From contig CAXXLZ010000002.1 of the NCBI GenBank assembly GCA_963675595.2, forward strand, positions 1,728,001 to 1,792,000: 64,000 nucleotides of DNA. Direction: 5' to 3'. The position numbers and the translations under genes were made by a program. Positions 20,017 through 30,574 of this stretch are shown here, one piece after another (the first letter of the stretch is position 1; each line of letters begins with the position of its first letter). The notes beneath the pieces were generated by a model. That model had not been told where the DNA came from. It did not search any database and saw only the letters and a list, made by a program, of their open reading frames with translations. This DNA comes from Thermodesulfobacteriota bacterium. GTDB taxonomy: Bacteria > Desulfobacterota > Desulfarculia > JACQYL01.

Positions 20017-22614
20017 TCAGTTCAAAGCATGCTCAATGGCCCGGACGATTTCAGCCCGCTGTTCGGCATCGTCGATCTTGTCTCCCATCAGGTTCCTGAC
20101 ATAGAAAACGTCCGCGGCCAAATCTCCCTTGTCCGAGATGAACGCTCGGCAGATGTCCAGGTCCAGTTCACTGATCGCCCTCGCAACTTCCGAGAGGATT
20201 CCCATCCGGTCCGGCGTGAAGACTTCGATGACCGTAAAAAAGTCGGACGCATCGGGCAAAACGACCACCTGGGTCTTCATTCTGGGGGTGAGCTTCTGCT
20301 GAATCTGCCTGGGAGGCTTCACACTGGACATCTTAGCGGTCAAAGCCAATTTACCCGAAACCGCCTTTTCGAAATCCTTTCGGATTCTCTCCCATTCCTG
20401 ATAGTCATCCCAGGGCGCTTTCACCTCGAACACGTCCAAGGCGATCCCGTTGAACCAGGTGAATACTTTCGCTCTGCGGATGTCGAAATGGTTCAGCGCG
20501 AAGACACCTGCAAGCCTGGCGAACAGACCGGGCCGGTCCATGGCGGAAATCGTGACTTCGAACAGTCCTTCGCACGGTTCCACATCCACGGCGACATCAG
20601 ACGGCGATTTCACCTTTTCGGACAGATCGAAATGCTTGAAAATCGTCTCGGGAGGGAAACTCAGGACATATTCCTGGGGAAGCTGGTCCAGACGTTTCTC
20701 AGATTCTTTGCCCCATATATCTGCAGCTTTCCCACGCAACGCGACCCAACGCTCCTCCAATCCGGCAACAGCGTAAGGGTCCTTCAGCGACCCCCGTTCC
20801 AAAATCTTCAGGCTCTTCATGAAGAGCTCACTGACAAGGGACGCCTTCCAGGAACTCCATGCCGTGGGTCCCGTGGCGCGAGCATCCGCAATCGTGATCA
20901 GATAAAGCATACACAGCGTTTCGACTCGGCCGATCTCCTTGGCGAAACGGAAAGCGACCCGTTCTTCCGAAAGGTCTCTCCTCATGGCCGTTTCGGCGAG
21001 TCGAAGATGTTTCTGAACCAGGAACTTGACGATCTCCGCATCGTCTTCGCCGAACCCGAGCCAAAGGGTCAGGTCCCGGGCCACATCGGCGCCGGTTTCC
21101 GAATGAGGGGAGCCGAAGCCCTTGCCGATATCATGGAGAAGCGCGGCCACGGCTACAAGTTCAATGTCTCTGATCCTGCCGAAAACATCGTCCTCGTCGT
21201 TCTGCAGATTGATCAGTTCCTGAACCGCCAGGATGCTGTGATGATCCGCCGTCCATGTGTGGTAGACATCAAACTGGGTTTGAGCCTTGATCTTCTGGAA
21301 GGCGGGCATGAAACGCTCAAGCACTCCCGTTTCCAGCATGGCAAGCAAGGATCTCCCGACTCCGACTCCGAGAAGCGTTCTTCGAAAAGAGCTTTTAGCC
21401 TCCATCGACTCACGGGCCGCATTGGTCAGATCCAGGCGGGTGCGGACGATCTGTCTCGCCGATGGGTGCATGGCCCTGTCCAAATGGGACATGTGTTCGA
21501 AAAGACGCAGCAAAAGCGTGGGGTTCTTTTCCAACGATTCCGGTGAAGAGAAATTGATGCGGCCGGAAACCACTTCAAAGTCCTCGTCGATACCGAATCG
21601 CGTTTCATCGCGAAAACCGTCCAGCACATCTCGGGCTCGTTCAAGAAATGCTTCGCTTTGGGCCTTCACATGGAAAACTTCGTGGTGGAACACCTTCATG
21701 AACGATTCAACCGTCTTTTCCGGGGTGGGCTCACGAATCCCCATCTCTCTCGCGAGAGCCTCCTGATGCTGGAAGAAGAGCCGATCGTTCTTACGCTTGG
21801 ACAAGTGATGGAGCTTGCAACGAACCTGCAAAATGAAATCAACGCCGATTTCGATTTCTTCCCGGTCCCGCTCGGTGATGAGCCCTTTCTCCAAGAGCTG
21901 GGAAAAATTGGACAGCCCGAAAAGCGCCTTGGCGGCCCAAAGGATACTGTGATAATCACGCAATCCTCCGTGCCCTTCCTTCAGGTCCGGCTCAAGACTA
22001 TACGTGTCGTCGCCGAATTGTTCGTGGCGCCTTTCGTTGTGCAGCATCAGGTCTTCGATAAAGGAACCCCGCCTCCCCGCCAGGATTTCTTCCCGAAATT
22101 CATGGACCAGTTTGCGAAAATTCTTTTCACTTCCGTAAAGCAGTCTGGCGTCGAGGAGCGACGTCAGCAACAGAAAGTCCTTGGAAGCGTCCTCGATGGC
22201 CTCTTCCACGGTCCTGACGCTGTGGCTCGCGTCGAGCTTCATGTCCCACAAGGGGTAGACGATCTCGCTGATCATTCCCGCAATACGATCACGGCTCACC
22301 CCCTTTTCCGTGAGGATGAGCAGGTCCACATCGGAACAAGGGCAGAGCTCCCTTCGCCCGTATCCTCCCAAAGCGACCAATGAAATGCCTTGACCAATTT
22401 CAGCCGCTTTCTCTTCACAAATTCTAATGATCTGCTCGTCGACCCTCTTGCTGAGGTCGTGCACTTCCCGCCAACCGGGTAGATCTTGTACGCACTCTAC
22501 CGGATGGGTTTCCACCATGGGGTCGTAGTCGTCGAAACAACCCTCGGGGATCGTGCAGCCACGTTCCTTCTTCTTCCAAAAAACCAGACGGCTCAAACCT
22601 TTTTCCATTTTCAT
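20017..22614 (-). CDS. glnD: [Protein-PII] uridylyltransferase/uridylyl-removing enzyme
   Basis: ALGGYGRREL.P.SDVDLL, LEPDLKEG.GGLRD, YHTWTADHH, LLHDIGKG (HD domain), two C-terminal ACT domains (DRPGLF, DRMGIL). Confidence 0.96.
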   Translation of the reverse strand: MKMEKGLSRLVFWKKKERGCTIPEGCFDDYDPMVETHPVECVQDLPGWREVHDLSKRVDEQIIRICEEKAAEIGQGISLVALGGYGRRELCPCSDVDLLILTEKGVSRDRIAGMISEIVYPLWDMKLDASHSVRTVEEAIEDASKDFLLLTSLLDARLLYGSEKNFRKLVHEFREEILAGRRGSFIEDLMLHNERRHEQFGDDTYSLEPDLKEGHGGLRDYHSILWAAKALFGLSNFSQLLEKGLITERDREEIEIGVDFILQVRCKLHHLSKRKNDRLFFQHQEALAREMGIREPTPEKTVESFMKVFHHEVFHVKAQSEAFLERARDVLDGFRDETRFGIDEDFEVVSGRINFSSPESLEKNPTLLLRLFEHMSHLDRAMHPSARQIVRTRLDLTNAARESMEAKSSFRRTLLGVGVGRSLLAMLETGVLERFMPAFQKIKAQTQFDVYHTWTADHHSILAVQELINLQNDEDDVFGRIRDIELVAVAALLHDIGKGFGSPHSETGADVARDLTLWLGFGEDDAEIVKFLVQKHLRLAETAMRRDLSEERVAFRFAKEIGRVETLCMLYLITIADARATGPTAWSSWKASLVSELFMKSLKILERGSLKDPYAVAGLEERWVALRGKAADIWGKESEKRLDQLPQEYVLSFPPETIFKHFDLSEKVKSPSDVAVDVEPCEGLFEVTISAMDRPGLFARLAGVFALNHFDIRRAKVFTWFNGIALDVFEVKAPWDDYQEWERIRKDFEKAVSGKLALTAKMSSVKPPRQIQQKLTPRMKTQVVVLPDASDFFTVIEVFTPDRMGILSEVARAISELDLDICRAFISDKGDLAADVFYVRNLMGDKIDDAEQRAEIVRAIEHALN

Positions 22615-22828
22615 TCATCGGGCGCCAGCCCGACCTCATCGACGGAATATGTTTGTGAAAACCGGGAATTGATATCCGTGAGGCGATGAATCGCAGAATA
22701 GGTTCCCCTCCGGACCCTGCAAGCGGAAAAATGATCCCGGAAGGAGGGGCTCCTATTGAGCCCGCCTTCCGGTTGGACCTTGCGTAACAGCTTTAGGAGG
22801 GCTTAGCGTCCCAAAACCGCTCGATATT

Positions 22829-23221
<393 letters not shown>

Positions 23222-24442
23222 CTAGATAATCAGCGTGTAACCTGTCTCGCTGTGTTCCGCCAAATCGAGGCCCTGCTGTTCGCTTTCCTCCGAAACACGG
23301 AGTCCGAAAATCGCATCGGTGATCTTGAGTAGAATCGCGGAGACGATGAACGAGTAGAGAATTACGACCACTGCTGCAATCAATTGAATTACGAACTGGC
23401 CCGGATTCCCGTAAAACAGCCCGTTCACCGCGTCGGGATTGGCGGCCGTCGAAGCAAACAAGCCCGTAGCCAGCGCGCCCCAGAGTCCCCCCGCGCCGTG
23501 AACGGCCACCACATCAAGGGCGTCGTCATATCCTATCTTCTCTTTGGCCAGTACGAACAGGTAGCATATTACACCCGCCACAAGCCCGATGACAACCGCA
23601 GAAACCGGACTCACAAAGCCGGCCGCGGGCGTCACGGCCACAAGACCCGCCAGAGCGCCGGAGGCGGCACCCAACGTCGTGGGTTTACCCCGCAGGACAC
23701 GTTCGGCAAAGATCCAGGACACGGCCGCCGCTCCCGTAGCCACCTGAGTGTTGAAAAACGCCAGCGCCGCCAGGCTGCCCGAGGCGAGAGCACTTCCCGC
23801 ATTGAACCCGAACCAGCCGAACCACAGAATACCGGCCCCAAGAATCGTGGTGGGGAGGTTATGCGGATGGATGGGCTCCTTCCTCCAGCCTTTTCGTCGT
23901 CCGATGAGAAGCGCGGCAGCCAAGGCCGCAGCCCCCGAGTTGATGTGAATCACCGTTCCCCCGGCGAAATCCAGAGCTCCCATGGCTCCGATCCAGCCGC
24001 CGCCCCAAACCCAGTGACAAACCGGGGCATAGACCACCGTCAGCCAAAGAATCGTAAACAGAACGAAAGACTTGAACTTCATCCGCTCCGCGAATGCGCC
24101 GGTAATCAGGGCCGGCGTAATGATCGCGAACATGAGTTGGAATGCGCAGAACAGCAGGTCGGGGATGGTGTCCGAATAGGGCCCCGGTGTCAAGCCGACC
24201 CCGTTCAGCAACGCGTATTTGAGGTTCCCCACGACGCCGCCCACATCCGGTCCGAACGCCAAGCTGTATCCATAAAACACCCAGATCAGCGAGACGATTC
24301 CCAGACAGATGAAGCTCTGCATCATCGTAGCCAATACGTTCTTTGTCCGAACCAATCCGCCGTAAAACAGCGCGAGTCCGGGGGTCATAAACATCACGAG
24401 TGCCGTCGCCACGAGCATGAAAGCGGTATCACCAGTATCCAT
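23222..24442 (-). CDS. amtB: Ammonium transporter
   Basis: MTPGLALFYGG, FQLMFA, DFAGGTVIH, WFGWFGFNAGS, DDALDV..VHG. Confidence 0.97.
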   Translation of the reverse strand: MDTGDTAFMLVATALVMFMTPGLALFYGGLVRTKNVLATMMQSFICLGIVSLIWVFYGYSLAFGPDVGGVVGNLKYALLNGVGLTPGPYSDTIPDLLFCAFQLMFAIITPALITGAFAERMKFKSFVLFTILWLTVVYAPVCHWVWGGGWIGAMGALDFAGGTVIHINSGAAALAAALLIGRRKGWRKEPIHPHNLPTTILGAGILWFGWFGFNAGSALASGSLAALAFFNTQVATGAAAVSWIFAERVLRGKPTTLGAASGALAGLVAVTPAAGFVSPVSAVVIGLVAGVICYLFVLAKEKIGYDDALDVVAVHGAGGLWGALATGLFASTAANPDAVNGLFYGNPGQFVIQLIAAVVVILYSFIVSAILLKITDAIFGLRVSEESEQQGLDLAEHSETGYTLII

Positions 24443-24501
24443 GAGTCTCCCTATCCTCCTACCGTTTAGTAGTGTTATGTGTGCCTGTTGGGTAAGAGGC
24501 A

Positions 24502-24517
24502 AACAAGACTCGTGCCG
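24502..24517 (-). promoter_or_regulatory. Candidate sigma54 promoter for amtB-glnK-glnD
   Basis: Minus strand CGGCACGAGTCTTGTT vs consensus TGGCACG-N4-TTGC; the -12 dinucleotide is GT rather than GC; about 60 bp upstream of amtB. Confidence 0.4.
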
Positions 24518-24663
24518 GCTCGCATATAAGCCCCTAACGCTCTGAACTTATTTACCTTTTCAGTCCCGCAATTCCGATCCTCTCTCCCGGGAGCACCTTG
24601 TCGCGACACAAGTTTGTATCACACGATTCAAAAAGTTCGGCTCGGTAGGATTCCTGCCGGTAC

Positions 24664-24699
24664 GGAACACTGTGGGCATGGAACACTGTGGGCATGGAA
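24664..24699. repeat. 16-bp tandem repeat (2.25 copies)
   Basis: GGAACACTGTGGGCAT x2 followed by GGAA. Confidence 0.8.
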
Positions 24700-25020
24700 T
24701 TCGGTTGAAGCGAGCCGGTCTCGTTCAAACGAGGAGACCTTCTCTGCAAAAGGCGCGGATATAATATGGAAAGACGACGTGGCGCAGTAACGCTATAGAG
24801 CCGAGCGGGTTTGCTCCCGTACGCTCTCCTGAATGCGCAGGCCCGCGCAGGTGGAGCGGAATGCCTCCCCCGACGGGCCTCCTCACGCTTTCCGGCCTGC
24901 GGTAGCCAAAGATTAAAAAAAAGGAAGAAGATTGGTGAAAAGAGGAGCACGCCGCATTCAGAGGAACTCCCGTCGCAACTTGCCCGCATCACGAGACCAA
25001 GTCCCCGGAATGGACGAGCG

Positions 25021-25566
25021 CTAATCGGACAAGCGGATCACCAGCGGATTGTAATTGAGTCGATCCTGGAGCTCCTGCCTGAAACGTTTGGCGTCGTCCG
25101 AGCTTTTGAAATCTCCGCTCCGGATGACATACCAAATCTTGTTTTCGGACGTCATGGCCTGCACCCAACCCGCGATTCCCTGCTTCTTGAGCTTCTCCAT
25201 GAATTGTTGGGCACGCTCCCTGCTTCGCAAGGCCGCGATCTGGACGGTGTAATGATATTCCGACCCTCCCTCGGGGATTCGGGTCTCTTCCTGCACCCTG
25301 CTAAGGTCGTCGAAGAACTCGAGTTGGGGATTGAACAGCTCGTCCTCTTCGGGCTGATCCGCCCCCTCCCCTTCGACTACTCCGACCAAGGAGCCGGAAG
25401 CCTTGGAAAACAAGTATTTGGGCCGCAGAGAATCCGGTATCATATCCCGGTCGGCCATGACGCCGAGAACAAACATCCACCCGGACCATCCCAGGAAAAG
25501 GATGATCCACAAAAGGAACTTGGCGACGACCCCGCCCGTTCCCGCTTCTTTTCTCTTTACGGCCAT
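25021..25566 (-). CDS. SPOR-domain cell division protein
   Basis: N-terminal TM helix; YTVQIAAL, WYVIRSG.F; canonical position downstream of argS. Confidence 0.85.
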   Translation of the reverse strand: MAVKRKEAGTGGVVAKFLLWIILFLGWSGWMFVLGVMADRDMIPDSLRPKYLFSKASGSLVGVVEGEGADQPEEDELFNPQLEFFDDLSRVQEETRIPEGGSEYHYTVQIAALRSRERAQQFMEKLKKQGIAGWVQAMTSENKIWYVIRSGDFKSSDDAKRFRQELQDRLNYNPLVIRLSD

Positions 25567-25576
25567 ACGGTTGGAC

Positions 25577-27241
25577 TCACATCCTGTCCGGGGCGGTGAC
25601 TCCGAGCAACCCCAATCCGTTGCGAATCACGGTACGGACCGCGGTCACGAAATGAAGACGCGCCTGCGTCAGATCCGCGTCCTCGCTCATAATCCGGTGC
25701 TCTTTATAAAACCGGTGGAAGTCGGTGACGAGGTCGGTCAGATAGTACGTGAGACGATGCGGTTCCAGATTCTCGGCACAGGTTTGAACGATTTCCGTGA
25801 AATCGTTCATGCGCTTCAAAATGGCCAGGGATTCCTTGTCGTCCAGCAGGTCCGGATTCACGGATTCCAGCGGCCTCATCTCGATGCCGCGTTCCGCGGC
25901 AATGGCCAGTACGCTGCAGATCCGGGCATGGGCGTACTGGACATAGAAGACCGGGTTGTCGTTGGTTTGGGCTTTGGCCACGTCCAAATCGAAGTCCAAA
26001 GCGCTGTCGCCTCGCCGAGTGAGAAAAATGAATCGCGCCGCATCCCTTCCCACCTCCTCGATGACCTCCCGCAGCGTGACGAAGGTGCCGGCCCGCGTGC
26101 TCATGGAAACCGGGTGCCCGCCGCGCAACAGATTCACCAACTGGACCAGGATGACTTGGAGCCGGTTGGACCCGTCCGTTTCAAGAGCCTCCATGACCGC
26201 CTTGATACGGGGGACATACCCGTGATGGTCCGCGCCCCAGATGTCGATCAAGAGATTGAAACCCCGCTGCAGCTTGTCCCAATGGTAGGACACGTCGGAC
26301 GCGAAATACGTCGCTTCTCCGGTGTTTCGCACCAAGACACGGTCTTTTTCGTCGCCGAACTCCGTGGCCTTAAACCAAAGAGCGCCCTCCGCCTCATACG
26401 TGAGCCCTTTGGCCTTCAGGTAATCGAAGGCCTTTTCCACCGCTCCGGCCGAAGTCAGGGACTTTTCGCTGAACCAATGGTCGAACCTCACACCGAAGTT
26501 TGCCAAGTCCTCCCGAATCCCGTCCAGAATCCTTGAAGCCGCGAATCGGGAGCAGTGGGCAATTGCCTCCCCGTCGGAAGCGAACCCGGAAATAGGATGC
26601 GTACGAGCCACTTCATCGGCGATCTCCCGGATGTAGTCACCCTGATAGCACGTGGTCGGATACTCGATGGTCTCCCCGCCGGCCTCCTTCATACGAAGCC
26701 ACACGGACCTTCCCAGAGTTTCCATCTGGGTTCCCGCATCATTGATGTAATACTCCCGTTCCACGTCGAAACCGGCCGCCTGGAGCAAATTGGCGATGAC
26801 GTCCCCCAGGGCGGCTCCCCGACCGTGGCCTACGTGGAGAGGCCCTGTAGGGTTGGCGCTCACGAACTCAACCTGCACCTTGCGTCCGCCCCCCACGTTG
26901 GACGTTCCGAAACGCTCCCCCTCGCGAGCCACGGTGCGGATCACCTCCCGCCACTTCGACTCCGCGATGAAGAAATTGATGAAACCCGGACCGGCGATTT
27001 CGGTTTTCGCGATCCAATGCTCGGGGTCCTCCAAATGATCCAAGATGGTCCGGGCGATTTTCACGGGCGCGGTCTTCTGAGACGCAGCCAGCACCATGGC
27101 GGCGTTACAGGCCAGATCGCCGTGCTGCTCCGACTTCGGAGTTTCCAGTTTGTATTCGACTGATTCAAAAGGTTGGAAAACGCCCGATTCCACCAAACGA
27201 TGGAGGGTGTCGTCCAACATCCGCTTGAGTTCGTTTTTCAC
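25577..27241 (-). CDS. argS: Arginine--tRNA ligase
   Basis: HGDLACN, AGPGFINF, EFVSANPTGPLHVGH (HIGH), WGADHHGY, MSTRAG, YVQYAHARI. Confidence 0.98.
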   Translation of the reverse strand: MKNELKRMLDDTLHRLVESGVFQPFESVEYKLETPKSEQHGDLACNAAMVLAASQKTAPVKIARTILDHLEDPEHWIAKTEIAGPGFINFFIAESKWREVIRTVAREGERFGTSNVGGGRKVQVEFVSANPTGPLHVGHGRGAALGDVIANLLQAAGFDVEREYYINDAGTQMETLGRSVWLRMKEAGGETIEYPTTCYQGDYIREIADEVARTHPISGFASDGEAIAHCSRFAASRILDGIREDLANFGVRFDHWFSEKSLTSAGAVEKAFDYLKAKGLTYEAEGALWFKATEFGDEKDRVLVRNTGEATYFASDVSYHWDKLQRGFNLLIDIWGADHHGYVPRIKAVMEALETDGSNRLQVILVQLVNLLRGGHPVSMSTRAGTFVTLREVIEEVGRDAARFIFLTRRGDSALDFDLDVAKAQTNDNPVFYVQYAHARICSVLAIAAERGIEMRPLESVNPDLLDDKESLAILKRMNDFTEIVQTCAENLEPHRLTYYLTDLVTDFHRFYKEHRIMSEDADLTQARLHFVTAVRTVIRNGLGLLGVTAPDRM

Positions 27242-28470
27242 TACTTCTTTCCTTCCTGTCGCTTCTTCCCTATGCCGTCCCCTTCTGCAGCCGGCCCGTC
27301 CATGGAATTTAGAAAGGCTTTTGGATTGGCATTTCCCAGGGAAGTAAAAATCTCATAGCTGATCGTACCCGCCCGACGGGCAAGCTCGTCGGCCGTGATT
27401 TCCTCCGCCCCCTGACGTCCCAGAAACACCGCCGGATCGCCGGGCTGAACGCCTTCGATATGAGTGACATCCGCCATGGTGAGGTTCATGCATACTCGCC
27501 CGCGTACCGGGGCTCTGCGACCGTGAATCAGCAGTTCGGCGTTGTTGGAAAATCCACGAAAATAACCGTCGCTGTATCCTACGGGCAGAACGGCGATAAC
27601 CGAAGGTCGATCGGTCACGTAGGTGCGGCCGTAGGAAATGCTCGTGCCCGTCGGAACCCGTTTCACCTGGATCACGGCGGAACGCAGGGACATGACGGGT
27701 TTGAGCTCCGCCTTGCCGATGAGTGGACGCGAGGGAGCGGCTCCGTACAAGGTCAATCCCACTCGAACCATCTCGGCGCCGGTGTCCAAGTCGTTCAAGC
27801 ACGCTCCGCTGTTGGATATATGATTGTGAGCGGGGTCAAGGCCGTATCTGCGGGCCATCTCCAGCACCCGGCGGAACGCGGCCGTCTGCTCGCGCGTATA
27901 CTGGGCCTCCGTCGGGTCTTCCGAGGCGGCGAAGTGTGAAACAATGCCGTCGAGGCGCAAATGAGTCAATCGAGCGAACCCCGACAGGATTTCCTCCGCC
28001 TCCCCCACAAACGCCCCGATGCGGCACATACCCGTGTCCACTTTTAAGTGAACGTCCAAAGTCCTTCCCAACCCCTCGGCCACGGCGTTAAGTCCCAAAG
28101 CGTCCTCCCAGCGGTAGACCACCGGGGTCAGTCCGTGGGCCACACAGGTCTCCCACTCTCTCTCGAGCGCACCCATGAGTATCACAATGGGAAGCGAAAT
28201 GCCTTCCCGACGCAGAAGGAGCGCCTCTTCCACTGAAAACACGGCCAGAGCGTCGCACCCTTCCGCCTCGAGTCTCTTGGATACGGGAAGCATTCCGTGA
28301 CCATAGGCGTCGGCTTTGACCACTGCGATGACCTTCCGACGCCGGGGCGCCGCCCCGCGGATTTCCTTGAGGTTGTGAGCCAAGGCTCCCAAATCGATTT
28401 CCAGGACGTTACGAAACAGGTCCGGAAAGTGTCCGTTTTGCAGATTTCCCGTCACCACCGATTCCTTCAT
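27241..28470 (-). CDS. alr: Alanine racemase
   Basis: AVVKADAYGHG PLP-Lys motif, HLKVDTGM.R.G, SYG, VGYSDG, GRVCM, TISYE; start taken at MKESV, uncertain. Confidence 0.95.
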   Translation of the reverse strand: MKESVVTGNLQNGHFPDLFRNVLEIDLGALAHNLKEIRGAAPRRRKVIAVVKADAYGHGMLPVSKRLEAEGCDALAVFSVEEALLLRREGISLPIVILMGALEREWETCVAHGLTPVVYRWEDALGLNAVAEGLGRTLDVHLKVDTGMCRIGAFVGEAEEILSGFARLTHLRLDGIVSHFAASEDPTEAQYTREQTAAFRRVLEMARRYGLDPAHNHISNSGACLNDLDTGAEMVRVGLTLYGAAPSRPLIGKAELKPVMSLRSAVIQVKRVPTGTSISYGRTYVTDRPSVIAVLPVGYSDGYFRGFSNNAELLIHGRRAPVRGRVCMNLTMADVTHIEGVQPGDPAVFLGRQGAEEITADELARRAGTISYEIFTSLGNANPKAFLNSMDGPAAEGDGIGKKRQEGKK

Positions 28471-29044
28471 TCCCGGAGTATCCGGGATGGCCGGCCCGTT
28501 GAAGAAGCCGGAGTATTCCAGATTGTTGAAAGACCATGACATGCAAGGCCCGCAAAGCCGGCGCACCGATTCCCGCGTCTTTCCAAGACGCCCGTTCCGG
28601 GGCACACGCGAAAGATTCCCGCCAAAGGAGCCGTTGCCCTGGAAGGGAGCAAGGCTCGCCCACGCGTCAGCCTCTTTGCCCCGAAAACGAAGAGCGCTCC
28701 GGGTGCATGAAAAACAAACTGAAATCATATTTAGAAGGAAAGGTAAAGCAAAACAAGAAAGGCACGCAATAGGTGTCGATTCATCAGACTTTCGCCCCCG
28801 GCTTAAATCGTCCGGAGCAAGAAACCGCGTTCCCGATCAACTGCTGAAGCGTGTGCCCGGGACGGCATCCTACGGCAAGGCGGCGGACGGTGTCATGACA
28901 ACCGGGAGATCCGGCCACGCGACCCAAAGATATTGCCGTCTCATCATAAAAGAGGGTAATGGATGAAACATGAGAATGCCCGACCGTCCGTCGATGGAGC
29001 GATTGCCGAGCGAATCCGGTGGCAGGGAAAAAACGACGAGGGCC

Positions 29045-30082
29045 TCAGCCGCCGTTGGCCACGAGCTCAACCAATTTAGTATAGATGCGTGCGTCGAACT
29101 TGGCTTCCATGGTGTCATGCCGTAAGATTTTCAAGGCTTCCAAAGGGGGCAGTGCTTCGCGGTAGGGCCGTTTGTCCGTGGTCAGAGCTTCGTAGCAGTC
29201 CAATATGCCGATCACCTGTCCAGGCACACTGATATCTTTGATGCGGAGTGGGTACCCGCTTCCATCTTTCCGTTCATGGTGATGAAGCAGTCCCCCCTGA
29301 ATCACCGGCTGGCCGGTGTAATGGGGCGCGATTCGGCTCAGGATGTTCCAGCCGTACTCCACATGGAGCTTCATGATTTTGTACTCTTCAAGCGTAAGTC
29401 TTCTGCGTGCCTTAAGAATACCCTCGGGAATCAGGACCTTTCCGATGTCGTGCAGAAGTGCCGCGAGAGCCCATTGCTTCATGGCAAATCGTTCCAGGTC
29501 CTCCATTTCGACCTGTTTTTCCCTGGGCAGAGCAAAGGCCGCCCATGAAACTTCGCCGTTCCTCCGTTCCTTTTCGAGGTATCGTAACGTCAGGATCATA
29601 ACGTTCACGGAATGGCTGGCGGTGTTCAAATCCTTGGCCATTACCTTATGCATAAGCCGAAGAAGTGCTTCGCTGTCCTCAAGATCAATCAGGGCCACGT
29701 ATGCGTCCACCAGCCTTTCCAGTTCCCTGAGTTTCGCCAGGTTTTCGTCTTCGGCATCGACTCCGACAGCCTGGGCTGCGAAGTATTCATGCATCATCTG
29801 GATGGTCAGCCCTTTGACCAAAGCGGCCTTGCCTTCATCGAAGCGCCCCTGCAACGCCTCGATAAGCGCCTTTTCCACTTTGCCGCTCAAAAGGCGATGG
29901 TCCTCAAGTTTGACGTAGACTTGAATCCCCTTGCGCGTCAAATGATGCACGGCACCTGAGGAGAAGCTTTCGTTTCTGGGAAGGAATCGAACGAGCGCGC
30001 CTTGCTGGGGATGCACAATGTACACGGGTAGGTCTTTGTACGCGTTCAGGAGACTGGGCTGTAGGGGCATGAAACCGTTCAA
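29045..30082 (-). CDS. HD-GYP domain protein (c-di-GMP phosphodiesterase candidate)
   Basis: HSVNV, LLHDIGK, HHHERKDGSGYP, DCYEALTTDKRPY. Confidence 0.9.
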   Translation of the reverse strand: MNGFMPLQPSLLNAYKDLPVYIVHPQQGALVRFLPRNESFSSGAVHHLTRKGIQVYVKLEDHRLLSGKVEKALIEALQGRFDEGKAALVKGLTIQMMHEYFAAQAVGVDAEDENLAKLRELERLVDAYVALIDLEDSEALLRLMHKVMAKDLNTASHSVNVMILTLRYLEKERRNGEVSWAAFALPREKQVEMEDLERFAMKQWALAALLHDIGKVLIPEGILKARRRLTLEEYKIMKLHVEYGWNILSRIAPHYTGQPVIQGGLLHHHERKDGSGYPLRIKDISVPGQVIGILDCYEALTTDKRPYREALPPLEALKILRHDTMEAKFDARIYTKLVELVANGG

Positions 30083-30574
30083 CAGTTACCTCGCAACAGG
30101 AAGAAACACCGCTTCGACGTTGAGTGAGGCCGCACAACAATCCCGGGATCCGATCAGCCGCAGGTCACTTCCCGTGGAAATGAAGGCGTCTCCGACCACT
30201 CGTCGTCTGGTACTCCTCCAACGGCAAAAGGAGCGCGCCCGATCTTTGAACGAACAGAACGAAGCTGGAGCCAACCAGAGTATCGACAAGGAGTCCAATT
30301 TCTTTAGTTGCTTTTCCTGAGAGCTCATTGGGCCGCATGTTTTTTCTTTGACCCAAGCAGGACTTGGGCTATAATTTTGCCCGGAAGAGGCAAAAAGTGA
30401 GTAATCGTACAATGATGAATGAAAACGCGAAAAAAACTTACTATTATGCCTTATCCCTTATTGATTTTGTTTACGCAGATACATTTGCTCGCCAAAAACA
30501 ACGCTATGCCCAACATACATAGTACAAATTATATCCAACTGCTTTCCAAATTCCTATAAATAGGAAATAACACA

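Noticed and set aside
20014-21546. 510-aa plus-strand ORF and similar long antisense ORFs (38378..40516, 33337..34545, 25403..26536, 23384..24469)
   Set aside because: They lie opposite well-supported genes; long shadow frames are expected at high GC
28592-28864. About 16-bp imperfect inverted repeat (CGTTCCGGGGCACACGC / GCGTGTGCCCGGGACG) about 240 bp apart
   Set aside because: GC-rich and imperfect, with no target duplication or second copy seen; could be chance
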